Part shown: in pieces, positions 10,076-20,549 of the stretch
Numbering within the stretch: the stretch's first letter is position 1
How the letters are laid out: each line of letters starts with the position of its first letter
Assembly: GCA_949297785.1 (NCBI GenBank)
Contig: CASFTW010000012.1
Span: forward strand, 50 to 64,049
Source of the DNA: an uncultured Spirochaetales bacterium
GTDB lineage: Bacteria; Spirochaetota; Spirochaetia; Sphaerochaetales; Sphaerochaetaceae
Length of the DNA: 64,000 nt
Direction: 5' to 3'
Notes under the pieces: model-generated
The model's input: the letters and a program-made list of their open reading frames with translations, nothing else
The model's database searches: none
What the model was told of the DNA's origin: nothing
Made by a program: the position numbers and the translations under genes

Positions 10076-11485
10076 CTAGCCCATCAGGGAAGAGTACAGA
10101 TTCTGGCCGTATTCCCTCAGTGCGACAAGAGTGAGCTTGTCTTTTGCACTGGTTCCGATGGAATTGAGCTTCTCCGTTATCTCGTTCATGTATGTGTTGT
10201 AGTCGGGATTCCGGTTGAAAGGCTGGAGAAGACGAGTGGCACAGTAGTTCTTCCACAGTATCTTCTCATTCTCGCTGAGAACTTCCGGCCAGTTGCGCGC
10301 AACCTGTCTGAAAAGCAGCTTGCTGATCTTGTCCGAGTCGAAATGCCAGACTGTCTTCAGTTTTTTCTCCGGAGGATAGGCATTGACCATCTTCATGTTT
10401 ATCCTGTCGTTCTCAGAATAGAAGCTGTCCGAATATATTCTGAGATCAGGATCAATGGAGGAATTGACGCTTTCGCTCTTCTGCGGTGCCGAGACGAATC
10501 GCCTGAGGATTTCAGCCTTGTTCTGCCGGATGAATTTCACGTTCCTGTGCATGAGCTCGAGATCTATCATCAGTCTTTTCTGAACTTCCTTCACGCCTGT
10601 AAGTATTCCGATAGGTGCAATGTACGGACAGCGGTTCGTGCTTATGTAGACAAGACCTTTTGTCCTGAATATATCATCACCTTCAAGCAGGGCCTCTGCA
10701 TTTTCCGTCAGGTCGAAGCAGATGACGGTGCTGGATCTGCTGGTCTCGAAGGTAAGCGGACATACGGGACGTGAGGAACCTCTTTCGCTGGAAAAAGCCT
10801 GACATGTATACATGACAGGTGTGCTGTGCATTGTGTCAAGCATGGCATTCACCCTGCTTTTCGTCCTGTTGCTGAAATAGAAGCTGAAAAGCTGGGGCTG
10901 CAGCGTCTTTATGAGCTTTGCGACATTTATTGTGGCATACACATCCACCAGAGCATCATGTGCACCCTCCTGGGGAATATTGTTGTCCTGTGTGAGATGT
11001 ACAAGCTTGAACGAGGTCCGCCCTTTCTCGTTTTTGTGAAGGAAATTCATCCCATCAGGGCGGAAATCATGCACGGCTCTCACGAGATCAAGGATATCCC
11101 ATCTTGAACATCCGTTCTGCCACTCCCTCTCATAAGGGTCCATGAGATTCCGGTACAGGGTGTTTCTTATGAACTCGTCATCGAATGCGATATTGTTGAA
11201 TCCGGTGACTATTGTGCCGGGAACGGAGAATTCCCTGTTCAGCTTTGTTATGAAGTCGTATTCGCCTATGCCTTCTTTCAGCGTCTGCTGCGGCGTTATT
11301 CCGGTTACAAGACAGGAAGAAGGACTTGGCAGATAGTCCGGGGCGATTCTGCACAGCATGACAAGCGGATCCTTTATGACTTTAAGGTTCATGTCGGTCC
11401 TTATGCAGGCCGCCTGTGCTATTCTGTCTGCTTTCGAATCAAGGCCGAAAGTCTCAAGATCGTAGAACAAAAACGTGCTGGGCAT
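10076..11485 (-). CDS. sbcB: Exodeoxyribonuclease I
   Basis: DEDDh motifs FYDLETFG, GFNNIAFDDE, RWDILD, SFKL..L, AHDALVDV; start placed at MPSTF (ATG 11485). Confidence 0.88.
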   Translation of the reverse strand: MPSTFLFYDLETFGLDSKADRIAQAACIRTDMNLKVIKDPLVMLCRIAPDYLPSPSSCLVTGITPQQTLKEGIGEYDFITKLNREFSVPGTIVTGFNNIAFDDEFIRNTLYRNLMDPYEREWQNGCSRWDILDLVRAVHDFRPDGMNFLHKNEKGRTSFKLVHLTQDNNIPQEGAHDALVDVYATINVAKLIKTLQPQLFSFYFSNRTKSRVNAMLDTMHSTPVMYTCQAFSSERGSSRPVCPLTFETSRSSTVICFDLTENAEALLEGDDIFRTKGLVYISTNRCPYIAPIGILTGVKEVQKRLMIDLELMHRNVKFIRQNKAEILRRFVSAPQKSESVNSSIDPDLRIYSDSFYSENDRINMKMVNAYPPEKKLKTVWHFDSDKISKLLFRQVARNWPEVLSENEKILWKNYCATRLLQPFNRNPDYNTYMNEITEKLNSIGTSAKDKLTLVALREYGQNLYSSLMG

Positions 11486-11660
11486 GTTTCCATTGTATTT
11501 GCTAATCGTGTTTTTTTCCACAGGTATGATGTGCACTTTTCCCCGCCAGCCGGTTTTGCGGATGTGAAATCATCAGCAGGTCACTTAACTAAAAAACGCG
11601 GAATGCGCTAAATTAGTCCTGATCAGCTTATGAAATTAGCAAGTGAGGTTTTTTGCAATT

Positions 11661-12953
11661 ATGAAGGATTCCCGCAGATCGATTGTATCATGGGCGCTGT
11701 ATGACTGGGCAAACAGTGCGTTTGCGACAACTGTCATGGCCGCGTTCTTTTCCATTTTCTTTTCCAGCTACTGGTCACTGAATCAGGACAGCGGCATCAC
11801 CACTTTCTGGCTGGGTATCGCAAATTCCGTTGAGAGTCTCATCGTAGCGGTTCTCGCCCCGATGCTCGGCGCTGTTGCCGACTGCGGAGGCTACAGGAAG
11901 AAATTCCTTGTTTTCTTTGCGTTTCTGGGAGCGCTTCTCACCGGATGCCTCGGCATGGTCCATGCCGGTGGGTGGATTGCGGCGATGTTCATCTATGTGA
12001 TCGCATGCGTTGGGTTTGCCGGTGCCAATATCTTCTATGATGCACTGCTTCCTGTGGTCGCAAGCGAGAAGAAAGTGGACTTCGTATCGGCTCTGGGGTA
12101 TTCGCTGGGATATATCGGAGGAGGTCTTCTGTTCCTGGTGAACGTGCTGATGTATCTTTTCCCCGGCTTTTTCGGACTGAGCACGTCAGATTCCGGAGTG
12201 CAGGCCGTGAAGGCATCTTTCATAATGGTCGCAATCTGGTGGATTGTCTTCACGCTTCCTCTCTTGTTTTTCGTGAAAGATGATGCGAAGAAAAGCAGCG
12301 TGAAGGTCTCAAAGGCGATCGCAGAAGGCTTTGCCGATATCGCACGTACTTTCAGATCGCTGAGAAAACTGAAAATGACGGCTCTCTTCCTGGTGGCTTT
12401 CTGGTGTTACATAGACGGCGTGGACACAATTATCCGCATGGCTGTCGACTACGGCACTGCACTGGGATTTCCTTCGGAAAGCCTTATCGTCGCACTCCTC
12501 ATAACCCAGTTCGTGGCATTTCCGGCCGCACTTGCCTATAACAGCTTCGGAAAGAAGATAGGGCATAAAAAGGCCATCCTGGTCGCAATAGGAGGCTATG
12601 CCCTTGTCAGTGCGATCGGCTTCTTCATGACCAATGTGGTGCAGTTTTACATACTGGCCTGTGTCATCGGACTTTTCCAGGGCGGCATACAGGCTCTCAG
12701 CCGTTCTTACTTCACACGCTTCGTTCCATCCGGCCATGAGGCTCAGTTCTTCGGTTTCTACAACATGCTGGGAAAATTCGCGGCAATCATAGGACCTGCC
12801 CTCATGGGGATAGTCACTCTTGTCACCGGAAGTCACCGTGCGGGTATCCTTTCCCTCATAATTCTCTTTGCCGCCGGCGGAATTCTGTTGTATAAAGTAG
12901 ATGAGGAAAGGGGAATAAGAGAGACAAAGGAGTTTGCACAACTGTCTGAATGA
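11661..12953 (+). CDS. MFS transporter, UMF1/Atg22-like family
   Basis: SWALYDWANSAF, NIFYDALLP, SALGYSLGYIGG, GGIQALSRS, FFGFYNMLGKFAAIIGP; about 12 TM segments. Confidence 0.9.
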   Translation: MKDSRRSIVSWALYDWANSAFATTVMAAFFSIFFSSYWSLNQDSGITTFWLGIANSVESLIVAVLAPMLGAVADCGGYRKKFLVFFAFLGALLTGCLGMVHAGGWIAAMFIYVIACVGFAGANIFYDALLPVVASEKKVDFVSALGYSLGYIGGGLLFLVNVLMYLFPGFFGLSTSDSGVQAVKASFIMVAIWWIVFTLPLLFFVKDDAKKSSVKVSKAIAEGFADIARTFRSLRKLKMTALFLVAFWCYIDGVDTIIRMAVDYGTALGFPSESLIVALLITQFVAFPAALAYNSFGKKIGHKKAILVAIGGYALVSAIGFFMTNVVQFYILACVIGLFQGGIQALSRSYFTRFVPSGHEAQFFGFYNMLGKFAAIIGPALMGIVTLVTGSHRAGILSLIILFAAGGILLYKVDEERGIRETKEFAQLSE

Positions 12954-13645
12954 TGGAGGTCAGAGTGTCTGTGAAGCGGACTTTACAGGTTATTGTTTTT
13001 CTGCTGTGTGCGCCTTTTGCTTTTGCCGCACAGGCTGTTGACATACAGCAGATACAGCTTGCCGTGCAGGCTGCAGGAGGTGCAGTGCTTTCCACTTTTG
13101 CCGCAACGACTTCAGTGCCTGCGATTGCGCTGGATGGCGTTGAGGCCGAGCGCTTCATTGACGAGGACGAGGAAGACGAGGCATGGCTGACATACCTCAG
13201 GTGTGACGTGGCCTCAATGCGCGATCAGCTGGAGAATCCGTCTCAGGGCAGGGCGATGTCGCTTTTCGAAAGAGTCATGCTGGCTGCCTCCACCCGGATA
13301 TCTCCGGTATGCAGGGCGGCTGTAGGCTATCTTGATGCGCTGGGTCTTGAAAAAGGAGATGCCGTGATTGACGGTGTCATAGTATTCACGGGCGACGATC
13401 TTGACTCGTCATCGCTTTCAAAACTTGTCGGGCTTTACCTTATGAGAGACTTCTCTTCCATTGATTTCTCCATAGCTGTTTCCATAATGGTTTCAGGTGC
13501 CGCTTTTACTTCCCCGCTTGCCTTTGAGGGGAGTCTGTCGGTATGCGGAAGCAACGAGCAGGGCGGAATAATCTTGACCTGTGAAAGTATGACATGCAAC
13601 AATCAGGAAATAACAATTGCGCCGATGTTTTTTGCGGCTGGCTGA
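12950..13645 (+). CDS. Hypothetical exported protein
   Basis: Signal-peptide-like N-terminus (…LLCAPFAFA|AQ); coupled to the MFS stop; no family recognised. Confidence 0.7.
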   Translation: MMEVRVSVKRTLQVIVFLLCAPFAFAAQAVDIQQIQLAVQAAGGAVLSTFAATTSVPAIALDGVEAERFIDEDEEDEAWLTYLRCDVASMRDQLENPSQGRAMSLFERVMLAASTRISPVCRAAVGYLDALGLEKGDAVIDGVIVFTGDDLDSSSLSKLVGLYLMRDFSSIDFSIAVSIMVSGAAFTSPLAFEGSLSVCGSNEQGGIILTCESMTCNNQEITIAPMFFAAG

Positions 13646-13667
13646 AATAACATAAAGGAGGATTGAG

Positions 13668-14963
13668 ATGGAGGAAAAGGTTTTCTCTTTTCTTGCCAGA
13701 AACAATCTGCTGACAAAACAGATTGATGACGAGAAACTTCTTTCATTCTTCATGAGTGAAATGGATAAAGGTCTGAGCGGGCAGGGCAGCTCTCTTGCCA
13801 TGATACCCACATATGTGAGCGAAGTGGATAAAGTGCCTGCGGGTGAGCGCGTCATAGTGCTTGATGCCGGCGGTACGAACTTCAGGACATGCCTTGTCTC
13901 TTTCGATGATGATGGAAAGCCGGGCATGGAGGATTTCAGGAAAGTCGGCATGCCGGGCGTGAAGAGCGAGGTGAGCAGGAAAGAATTCTTCTCCATTCTT
14001 GCCGACAACGTCGAGCGTTTCATCGACAAATGCGACAGGATAGGTTTCTGCTTCAGCTATGCTGCAAAGATAACTGAGGACCATGACGGTATTCCCATCG
14101 TATTCTCAAAGGAGATCAAGGCCCCGGAAGTGATCGGACAGCCTGTTGCGAAGTGTCTTCTCGAAGAGCTTGCCGGAAGAGGACATGATGTTTCGAAAAA
14201 GAAATATTCGGTGGTCAATGATACTGTTGCCACGCTGCTTGCATGCAAGGCCGGCTACAGGGAGCCTTCATCAGGTTCTATCGGTTTCATTCTCGGCACC
14301 GGCACCAATACTGCCTACAGCGAGAAAATTTCAAACATAGGCAAGATAGGCTCATCCTCTCAGGGGTCCATGATCATAAATGTCGAGTCCGGAAATCTTG
14401 ACCTGATGCTCGGTCCTGCAGATGAATCTTTTTTTGCAAAGACCAAGAATCCTGATGTGTATCATTTCGAGAAGATGATCAGCGGTGCATATCTCGGACC
14501 GTTCGCACAGCATGTCATACAGCTGGCCTGTGAGGACGGAGTGTTCTCATCCGAATTCGTGAAGCGCTTCTCAAAGATTGAGAATCTTACCACGACACAG
14601 ATGAGCAATTATCTTGAGATGTGCCACAACAGGGATTATGTGCTTGTCGGCTGTGTTGCTGATAACGAGAAGGATGCGTGCGCGCTCTGGCTCATTCTTC
14701 GCGCTGTGATTGAAAGGGCAAGCAAACTTACGGCAATCAATCTTTCCGCTGCGGTTCTCAGAACCGATGCAGGTGTAAATCCCCGCTATCCGGTGATCGT
14801 CAATGCTGACGGAACCACCTTCTATAAAACGGAATTCATGCTTGAGTACACAAAGTACTATCTGCATGAATTCCTTGAGAAGAAGCACGGACGCTTCACA
14901 AAACTCATCCGCATTGATGACAGCCCCGCACTTGGAGCTGCCATTGCAGGTCTGTCAGTCTAA
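13668..14963 (+). CDS. Hexokinase (eukaryote-type family)
   Basis: LAMIPTYV, LDAGGTNFR, GFCFSY, VVNDTVATL, ILGTGTN, EKMISGAYLG; SD AAAGGAG. Confidence 0.93.
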   Translation: MEEKVFSFLARNNLLTKQIDDEKLLSFFMSEMDKGLSGQGSSLAMIPTYVSEVDKVPAGERVIVLDAGGTNFRTCLVSFDDDGKPGMEDFRKVGMPGVKSEVSRKEFFSILADNVERFIDKCDRIGFCFSYAAKITEDHDGIPIVFSKEIKAPEVIGQPVAKCLLEELAGRGHDVSKKKYSVVNDTVATLLACKAGYREPSSGSIGFILGTGTNTAYSEKISNIGKIGSSSQGSMIINVESGNLDLMLGPADESFFAKTKNPDVYHFEKMISGAYLGPFAQHVIQLACEDGVFSSEFVKRFSKIENLTTTQMSNYLEMCHNRDYVLVGCVADNEKDACALWLILRAVIERASKLTAINLSAAVLRTDAGVNPRYPVIVNADGTTFYKTEFMLEYTKYYLHEFLEKKHGRFTKLIRIDDSPALGAAIAGLSV

Positions 14964-16751
14964 GGCTTTGTCCGCTTCGTCTATCAGTGAGCGCTGCCAT
15001 GACAGCAGTCTGTCATGCAGTGCTTCTTTTTTACCCTTCACGTCAACAAGAACCCTGAGAACACTCTCAGTGCCTGACGGGCGGAGCCACATGTAGGCGG
15101 CATGGTTCCCGTCCTGGTCCAGAAGAACCATCTTCAGGCCTCCCTTTGCGGCGGTGGAGCGGAATTTCTCTCCGATTCCGATCACTTCATTCACTCCCTC
15201 CGTCTGATGCACTTCGTAGCTTACGATTCCTTCTTCCTCGAAGTTCATATTCTGCCACTGCAGGACAAAGAGCCTCTCATATTCCTTCTTGAGTTCTGCC
15301 CAGGCCGTATGTCTTACATACATTTTCGCAAGCCTGGAGAATGCCCCTGTTGTAGTATAGACAGGCAGTGCGTTTATGAGGCCTTCTATCGAAGGTCTGT
15401 CCTCACACTTTTCCCCGGTGAGCTTCTCAACTGCATAGCGGTAGAGCTTTTCATCTGCAAAGAGCTTGAGGACGCTCATGATTGAGTTAAGCGGATCCCT
15501 TACCTTTGCCGGGTCGGTTATGTTGCCGCCGTTGCTGCCTTCGCCGAGAATATGGACAACATAGCCTTCATCTCTGAGTTTCGCCGCCAGATTCACGACA
15601 TTCGCTTCTCCGACCTCGGCACGGAAGACCTTTGCACCGAAGCACTCGGCAATCCTGTCTATCCTTTCAGATGTCGGACAATTGACGGCAACTGCGAGAT
15701 TCTGTGTTTTCCTGTAGCTCAGGTCTGCAAGTTCGATCGCGACCACCAGTGCGAATACTTCCTGGGCTTCAAGGATGAGGCTTTCTCCTGTTGACTCCTT
15801 TATGTAAACAAAGTTGCCCCTGTCTCCGTCGTTGTCGGGACAATAGCCCAGAATGAAGGAATGATCCATGTCATAGCACTTTTTGAGCTCGTCACGGCAT
15901 GGAATGAGATTCTCTCCCTCCGGAACGATCGCATGAACGACGGCGCCTGCCCTGTTGTTCACATAGTGAGTCCTGCATCCGATTGAGGAGAGGAACTCCT
16001 CATCGATTGAAAGGCTTCTGGCCGAGCCGTTCAGTTCTCCGACTATGCCGCATGCGGCCCTGAACGATGAGCCGACTCCTGCGGTCTTCATGACGAAGTC
16101 CCTGTAGTATGAAAGCGCTTCTGCCTTGTCCTGTGCGTAACGGGAGAGGATGCTGTCGAGAACAGTCTCATCGGCTTTTGCACTCAGTTCCTTCATCTCC
16201 TGTATGACATCATCACTGCCGATGCATTCTCTCAAAGCATCTGCAAGCCTGTCGGAGATGCTTCTTTCATATACACCGCCGTCAAAGCCGAACTTGAAGC
16301 CGTTGTGTCCTATCGGGTTATGGCTTGCCGATATGTAGCAGAAGGCATCAAAGCCGGCATGGGAGTATGCCATGGTCTCAGGTGCTGCAGAGATGAAAAG
16401 GTATGTGACATCTGCCCCGAGCGCACATAGCACTCTCATTGTTATGTATGAAAGGATTCTCCCTGTGGGACGGGCATCTGCTGCGAGCAGTACCTTTGCA
16501 TTCTTTTTGCCAAGTCCTTCATAGAAGACCTTTGCAATGGCTGCGCAGATCACGCTGTCGGCATCGCTTATCGTCTCTCCCGCATCTTCCTCATCCTTGC
16601 TTGATGCAAACACATTCCTCCAGCCGGAAGCGGAGAGGATATATGAGGAAAGGGCAGATCTTACATCTTCGGCACAGACATTCACGCCTCTGAGCGGATC
16701 TGCCGAAGTGTCACAAATAAAATAACCTGTTTTGCTGTCAATGTATTTCAT
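14955..16751 (-). CDS. Phosphohexomutase (PGM/PMM superfamily)
   Basis: Catalytic SASHNP, metal loop PDNDGDR, GEGSNGG, RPSGTE; start at MKYID (ATG 16751). Confidence 0.9.
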   Translation of the reverse strand: MKYIDSKTGYFICDTSADPLRGVNVCAEDVRSALSSYILSASGWRNVFASSKDEEDAGETISDADSVICAAIAKVFYEGLGKKNAKVLLAADARPTGRILSYITMRVLCALGADVTYLFISAAPETMAYSHAGFDAFCYISASHNPIGHNGFKFGFDGGVYERSISDRLADALRECIGSDDVIQEMKELSAKADETVLDSILSRYAQDKAEALSYYRDFVMKTAGVGSSFRAACGIVGELNGSARSLSIDEEFLSSIGCRTHYVNNRAGAVVHAIVPEGENLIPCRDELKKCYDMDHSFILGYCPDNDGDRGNFVYIKESTGESLILEAQEVFALVVAIELADLSYRKTQNLAVAVNCPTSERIDRIAECFGAKVFRAEVGEANVVNLAAKLRDEGYVVHILGEGSNGGNITDPAKVRDPLNSIMSVLKLFADEKLYRYAVEKLTGEKCEDRPSIEGLINALPVYTTTGAFSRLAKMYVRHTAWAELKKEYERLFVLQWQNMNFEEEGIVSYEVHQTEGVNEVIGIGEKFRSTAAKGGLKMVLLDQDGNHAAYMWLRPSGTESVLRVLVDVKGKKEALHDRLLSWQRSLIDEADKALD

Positions 16752-16842
16752 ATTTCCGATTATAACAGAAGAAGAACGGTTGTGACACAAAAAGAATCGC
16801 GGCGCTAGCTATAATTTCCTTCCGGGGCTATAATCCAGTGCC

Positions 16843-17679
16843 ATGAAGAAAAGCGTATTGGCAATTCATGATCTCTCGTGCCATGCGGCAAGCAGCCTTT
16901 CCGTTGTGCTGCCGCTGCTTCTTGCCGCAGGCCTGGACACTTCGTTCCTTCCCAGTGCTCTGCTCTCCAGCCAGTCGGATGGTTTTGACAACCTCTTTGT
17001 CAGGGATCTGAGCTGTGAATGTGATGAGATAATGGAGAGGTGGAAGTCGTACGCTCTCCATTTCGACTGTCTGTATACAGGCTATCTTGCCAGTGAGCGT
17101 CAGCTTGAACTGGTGCTTAAGGCACGCAGTTCATTCCTGTTTCCATCCGCCCTTATTGTGACGGATCCCGTCATGGGCGATGAGGGAAAACTGTATCAGA
17201 ATCTGGGGGTGTCCCATATAACGATGATGAAGAAACTGTGCAGCGGCTCTTCGGTGATAACCCCTAACTATACAGAGGCACTGCTTCTTGCGGGAAAGAT
17301 TGACGGCTATGGCGGTGAGACAACGCTGCATGAAGCTGAAGAACTTACACTCAGTCTGTCATCTGAGTTCGGCTCCTCAGTGGTCATCACAAGCGTTCCT
17401 GTTTCAGGCGGCATTTATGCGAATCTGGCATGCGACGGCACCCGGGTGCGTGCCTTCACATATGAGGACCTGCATGCAGGCTATCCCGGATGCGGAGACC
17501 TTTTCGCATCGCTTCTCGTGTCTTTTCTTCTCAACGATGAGAGTTTCTTCGTTTCGGTGCACAAAGCCGGCGAGATTGCAAGCTATGCGATAAGGGAAAC
17601 GCTGAAGGAGAAAAAGGAAAGACGTGAAGGCATTTCGGTTTCCCATGCAGTCAGAATGATGCTGGAGACAAGGCTCTGA
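16843..17679 (+). CDS. pdxK: Pyridoxal/pyridoxamine kinase (PfkB superfamily)
   Basis: HDLSC, YTGYL, DPVMGD.GKLY, ITPNYTEA, PGCGDLFAS. Confidence 0.85.
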   Translation: MKKSVLAIHDLSCHAASSLSVVLPLLLAAGLDTSFLPSALLSSQSDGFDNLFVRDLSCECDEIMERWKSYALHFDCLYTGYLASERQLELVLKARSSFLFPSALIVTDPVMGDEGKLYQNLGVSHITMMKKLCSGSSVITPNYTEALLLAGKIDGYGGETTLHEAEELTLSLSSEFGSSVVITSVPVSGGIYANLACDGTRVRAFTYEDLHAGYPGCGDLFASLLVSFLLNDESFFVSVHKAGEIASYAIRETLKEKKERREGISVSHAVRMMLETRL

Positions 17680-18807
17680 TTACTTTTCATCAAGATATGC
17701 GGAGAAAGGCCTCAGCTTCACTTGTGAGAAGTCGCTTCTCAGTGTGAGTCTGTCCAGATATGCTTCAATTGCCTTCCTGTTGTCTTCATACAGCTTTTCT
17801 CCGCCCTCCGAGAGTATCCTCATGCTTTCTTCCCTTGTGTCATCAAGCTTTATTTTTTCTTTTGTCACTATGCCGCTGATCCTTGTGTAGTGGACATCGC
17901 TCAATGATGAGAGTATCTGATCGACGAGATCCATCTGTGCATTCGGGTATATCTTCATCACCGGTTCCGCCCATCCTGCAACACCGTTGGGAGCTTCTTT
18001 CGGATTGAATCTGTAGATCCCCCTTGCGGTTGAGAGAGAGAGGATATGAAAGGTCCTGCAGGAGGGATAAAGCTTTCTTGCCTCTTCGTATGCCATCAGG
18101 GCCGGATTGTTTGCAATTACGCCTCCGTCAAGCAGTGCGGCTTCCTTTCCCTCCGGTGTCACGGTGTACAGCGGGGGAAAGTACAGAGGCGCCGCTGATG
18201 ATGCCCTGGCAGCCGCTGCCGCGCTCATATCCTTCCAGCTGTTGTATGAAGAGAGTATTTCTCCTTTTCCTTCCATGCTGTTGTATGAGACAACCATTAC
18301 GGGAACAAGCGCATCGCTGAGTTTCACCTCGCCGAAAGTGCCGATCAGGAATTTCTCGAGAGATGAAGAGTCGTATTTGTCGGTGAACACGCTGCCGAAC
18401 AGCCTGTTTTTCGATGAGAAGATTTTTCTTGCATTGTCTGTATAGAGGCTTTTGAAGCATGACGGATCAGCAGTGCGTTCTATATAGCCGTCAGTGACGT
18501 CGGCATAGCTGAAAAGTCCGCTTCTGACATGTCTTGTGACGGCACATTCATCTCCCTCTTCCTTTCTTACATTCACATCCTTCATTGCCAGCCCGAGTGA
18601 CAGAAGGGCTCCTGTAGAGGTTCCGGCAATGAGGTCGAAATGGGAATACAGCGGCTTCATGTCGCCTTTTGATCTGAGATAGCTGTTCATGGATGACAGC
18701 AACACCGCAGGAATTATGCCCCGTATACCGCCTCCGTCTATTGAAAGGATATATCTTTCCCCGGAAGTTTCCTTCTGCCTCTTCCATGGAAATTTGAAAG
18801 CGCTCAT
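17680..18807 (-). CDS. Patatin-like phospholipase
   Basis: LSIDGGGIRG, nucleophile GTSTG, SSAAPLYFP, DGGVIANNP. Confidence 0.92.
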   Translation of the reverse strand: MSAFKFPWKRQKETSGERYILSIDGGGIRGIIPAVLLSSMNSYLRSKGDMKPLYSHFDLIAGTSTGALLSLGLAMKDVNVRKEEGDECAVTRHVRSGLFSYADVTDGYIERTADPSCFKSLYTDNARKIFSSKNRLFGSVFTDKYDSSSLEKFLIGTFGEVKLSDALVPVMVVSYNSMEGKGEILSSYNSWKDMSAAAAARASSAAPLYFPPLYTVTPEGKEAALLDGGVIANNPALMAYEEARKLYPSCRTFHILSLSTARGIYRFNPKEAPNGVAGWAEPVMKIYPNAQMDLVDQILSSLSDVHYTRISGIVTKEKIKLDDTREESMRILSEGGEKLYEDNRKAIEAYLDRLTLRSDFSQVKLRPFSAYLDEK

Positions 18808-18822
18808 GCTATAATCTTCTCC

Positions 18823-19761
18823 ATGTATGAGAACTGTAGATTATGCCCGAATTTTTGTGAAGTGGACAGACACAGGAAGAAAGGCGCATGCGGACAGACC
18901 GACAAGGTAAGGATCGCATGGTCCGGCCTTCATAAGGGGGAAGAACCCCCGATAAGCGGAGAATACGGTTCCGGCATGATATTCTTCACAGGCTGCCCCC
19001 TTGGCTGCCGTTTCTGCCAGAATTACCAGATATCATCGCCGCGGGATGATGCGTACGGCATGGAGGTCACGACAGATGAGCTGAGTGAGATCATGCTTGC
19101 CCTTCAGGAGTTCAAAGCCGCCAGTCTCAATTTGGTAACCGGTACTCACTTTATACCCAGCATTGCCGCATCTCTTGATATAGCAAAGAAAAAAGGGTTC
19201 TCTCTGCCTGTTGTGTGGAATTCATCCGGCTATGAAAGTCAGGAAGGCTTACAAATAATCGATCCGTATATTGACGTCTATCTTGTTGATGTGAAGACCT
19301 ATGACAGGGATGTCGCGGCCCGATTCTGCGGCAGGGCGCGTTACTGTGACTATATAGATTCGGTGATGGATTTTATAGTCTCCCGTCATCCGCATACGGA
19401 TCTTGAGAAGATGAAGGGAACACTTGTGCGTCATCTTGTTTTTCCGGGTGCGCTTGATGCGACAAAACAGTTCCTGGTCAGATTCGCACAGAAGTACAGG
19501 AAAAGCTGCTATCTGTCGCTCATGGTCCAGTTCATACCTCCGAAGGGGGATGTTTGTTTTCCTCCCGTGAGCGATGAGGAATATGATGAGCTGATAGACC
19601 TGCTTGATATCCTCGGCATCGATGACGGCTTTGTACAGGACAGGAGCGATGACGATATCCTGTGGATACCGGATTTCAGGAAAGACGTTCCTTTCCCTAC
19701 GTCATTCGCAGCTGCCCTGCCTTATTTCCTTGAGCTCAAGAGAAAGAAACTCAGCCTATAG
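18823..19761 (+). CDS. Radical SAM protein, PflX-like
   Basis: N-terminal CRLCPNFC…CG cluster, GEEPPISG, CPLGCRFCQN (CxxxCxxC), LVRHLVFPG. Confidence 0.9.
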   Translation: MYENCRLCPNFCEVDRHRKKGACGQTDKVRIAWSGLHKGEEPPISGEYGSGMIFFTGCPLGCRFCQNYQISSPRDDAYGMEVTTDELSEIMLALQEFKAASLNLVTGTHFIPSIAASLDIAKKKGFSLPVVWNSSGYESQEGLQIIDPYIDVYLVDVKTYDRDVAARFCGRARYCDYIDSVMDFIVSRHPHTDLEKMKGTLVRHLVFPGALDATKQFLVRFAQKYRKSCYLSLMVQFIPPKGDVCFPPVSDEEYDELIDLLDILGIDDGFVQDRSDDDILWIPDFRKDVPFPTSFAAALPYFLELKRKKLSL

Positions 19762-20443
19762 TAGTTCCTGTATATTCTTTTCCTCTGAGTATTGCCATGG
19801 TGTTTTCAATATTGCGGCCTTCCGCGCAGATCACCTTCATGCCGCTTTCCCTTGCCATGCCTGAGGCTATGGGATCAAACGGTGTGTTCTTTCCCGGTTC
19901 CCACGTCGTGCCGACCATGGCGATGAAGTCATCCCAGGAAATCTCATCCAGAGGCTTCGCATCCGGGTCCTTTCTCGGGTCATCCGTATATACTTTTGCG
20001 ATATTCGAGAGGTTGATCACCGTCGCGGCATTGAAGCGGCGGGCAAGATAGACAGCGTCCGTATCGGTTGAGAAACCGGGCTTCCAGCCTGCTGCCACAA
20101 GAACCTGCGATGAGAATGAAATATCATCGGCAGTCGGATCTGTCACGAGTTCATCTGTGACATACTCACTGAAGATGGCCCTTACGAGACTTCCGTTGAG
20201 GTGTGTTGCCCTGATTCCCAGCCAGTCCTGCTCATTGCTGCTGCAGTCCTTTCTGACATCCCTGAGCGCATTCTGGTATATTCTCGCGGGAGCTCCTCCT
20301 CCGCAGACGAAGATAAGTTTGCGATTCCTGTCCTCATCAAGATATTTCTTCACCTCGGCATAGAAGGATGAAAGAAACTGAGAGTCAACTTTGTCCGGCG
20401 CGATGATCGAGCCTCCAAGCGAAATAACTGTAATATTGCTCAT
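19751..20443 (-). CDS. pyrH: UMP kinase (archaeal-type)
   Basis: VISLGGS, VCGGG..AR.YQ, LGIRAT, AGWKPGFSTD, VYTDDPRK, PFDPIA. Confidence 0.92.
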   Translation of the reverse strand: MSNITVISLGGSIIAPDKVDSQFLSSFYAEVKKYLDEDRNRKLIFVCGGGAPARIYQNALRDVRKDCSSNEQDWLGIRATHLNGSLVRAIFSEYVTDELVTDPTADDISFSSQVLVAAGWKPGFSTDTDAVYLARRFNAATVINLSNIAKVYTDDPRKDPDAKPLDEISWDDFIAMVGTTWEPGKNTPFDPIASGMARESGMKVICAEGRNIENTMAILRGKEYTGTTIG

Positions 20444-20549
20444 GCCGTTCTCCTTTAAACACCCTGAATCATATCTGAAAGAGTGTTTTTAGCCAATTAT
20501 GAAGAAAAATGTGTATATAGGGTATCAACAAAATTCGGAGGACATGAAG

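Noticed and set aside
17680-18807. Patatin as a CBASS CapV-like effector
   Set aside because: No CD-NTase or other defence gene nearby; housekeeping neighbours and host-like composition.
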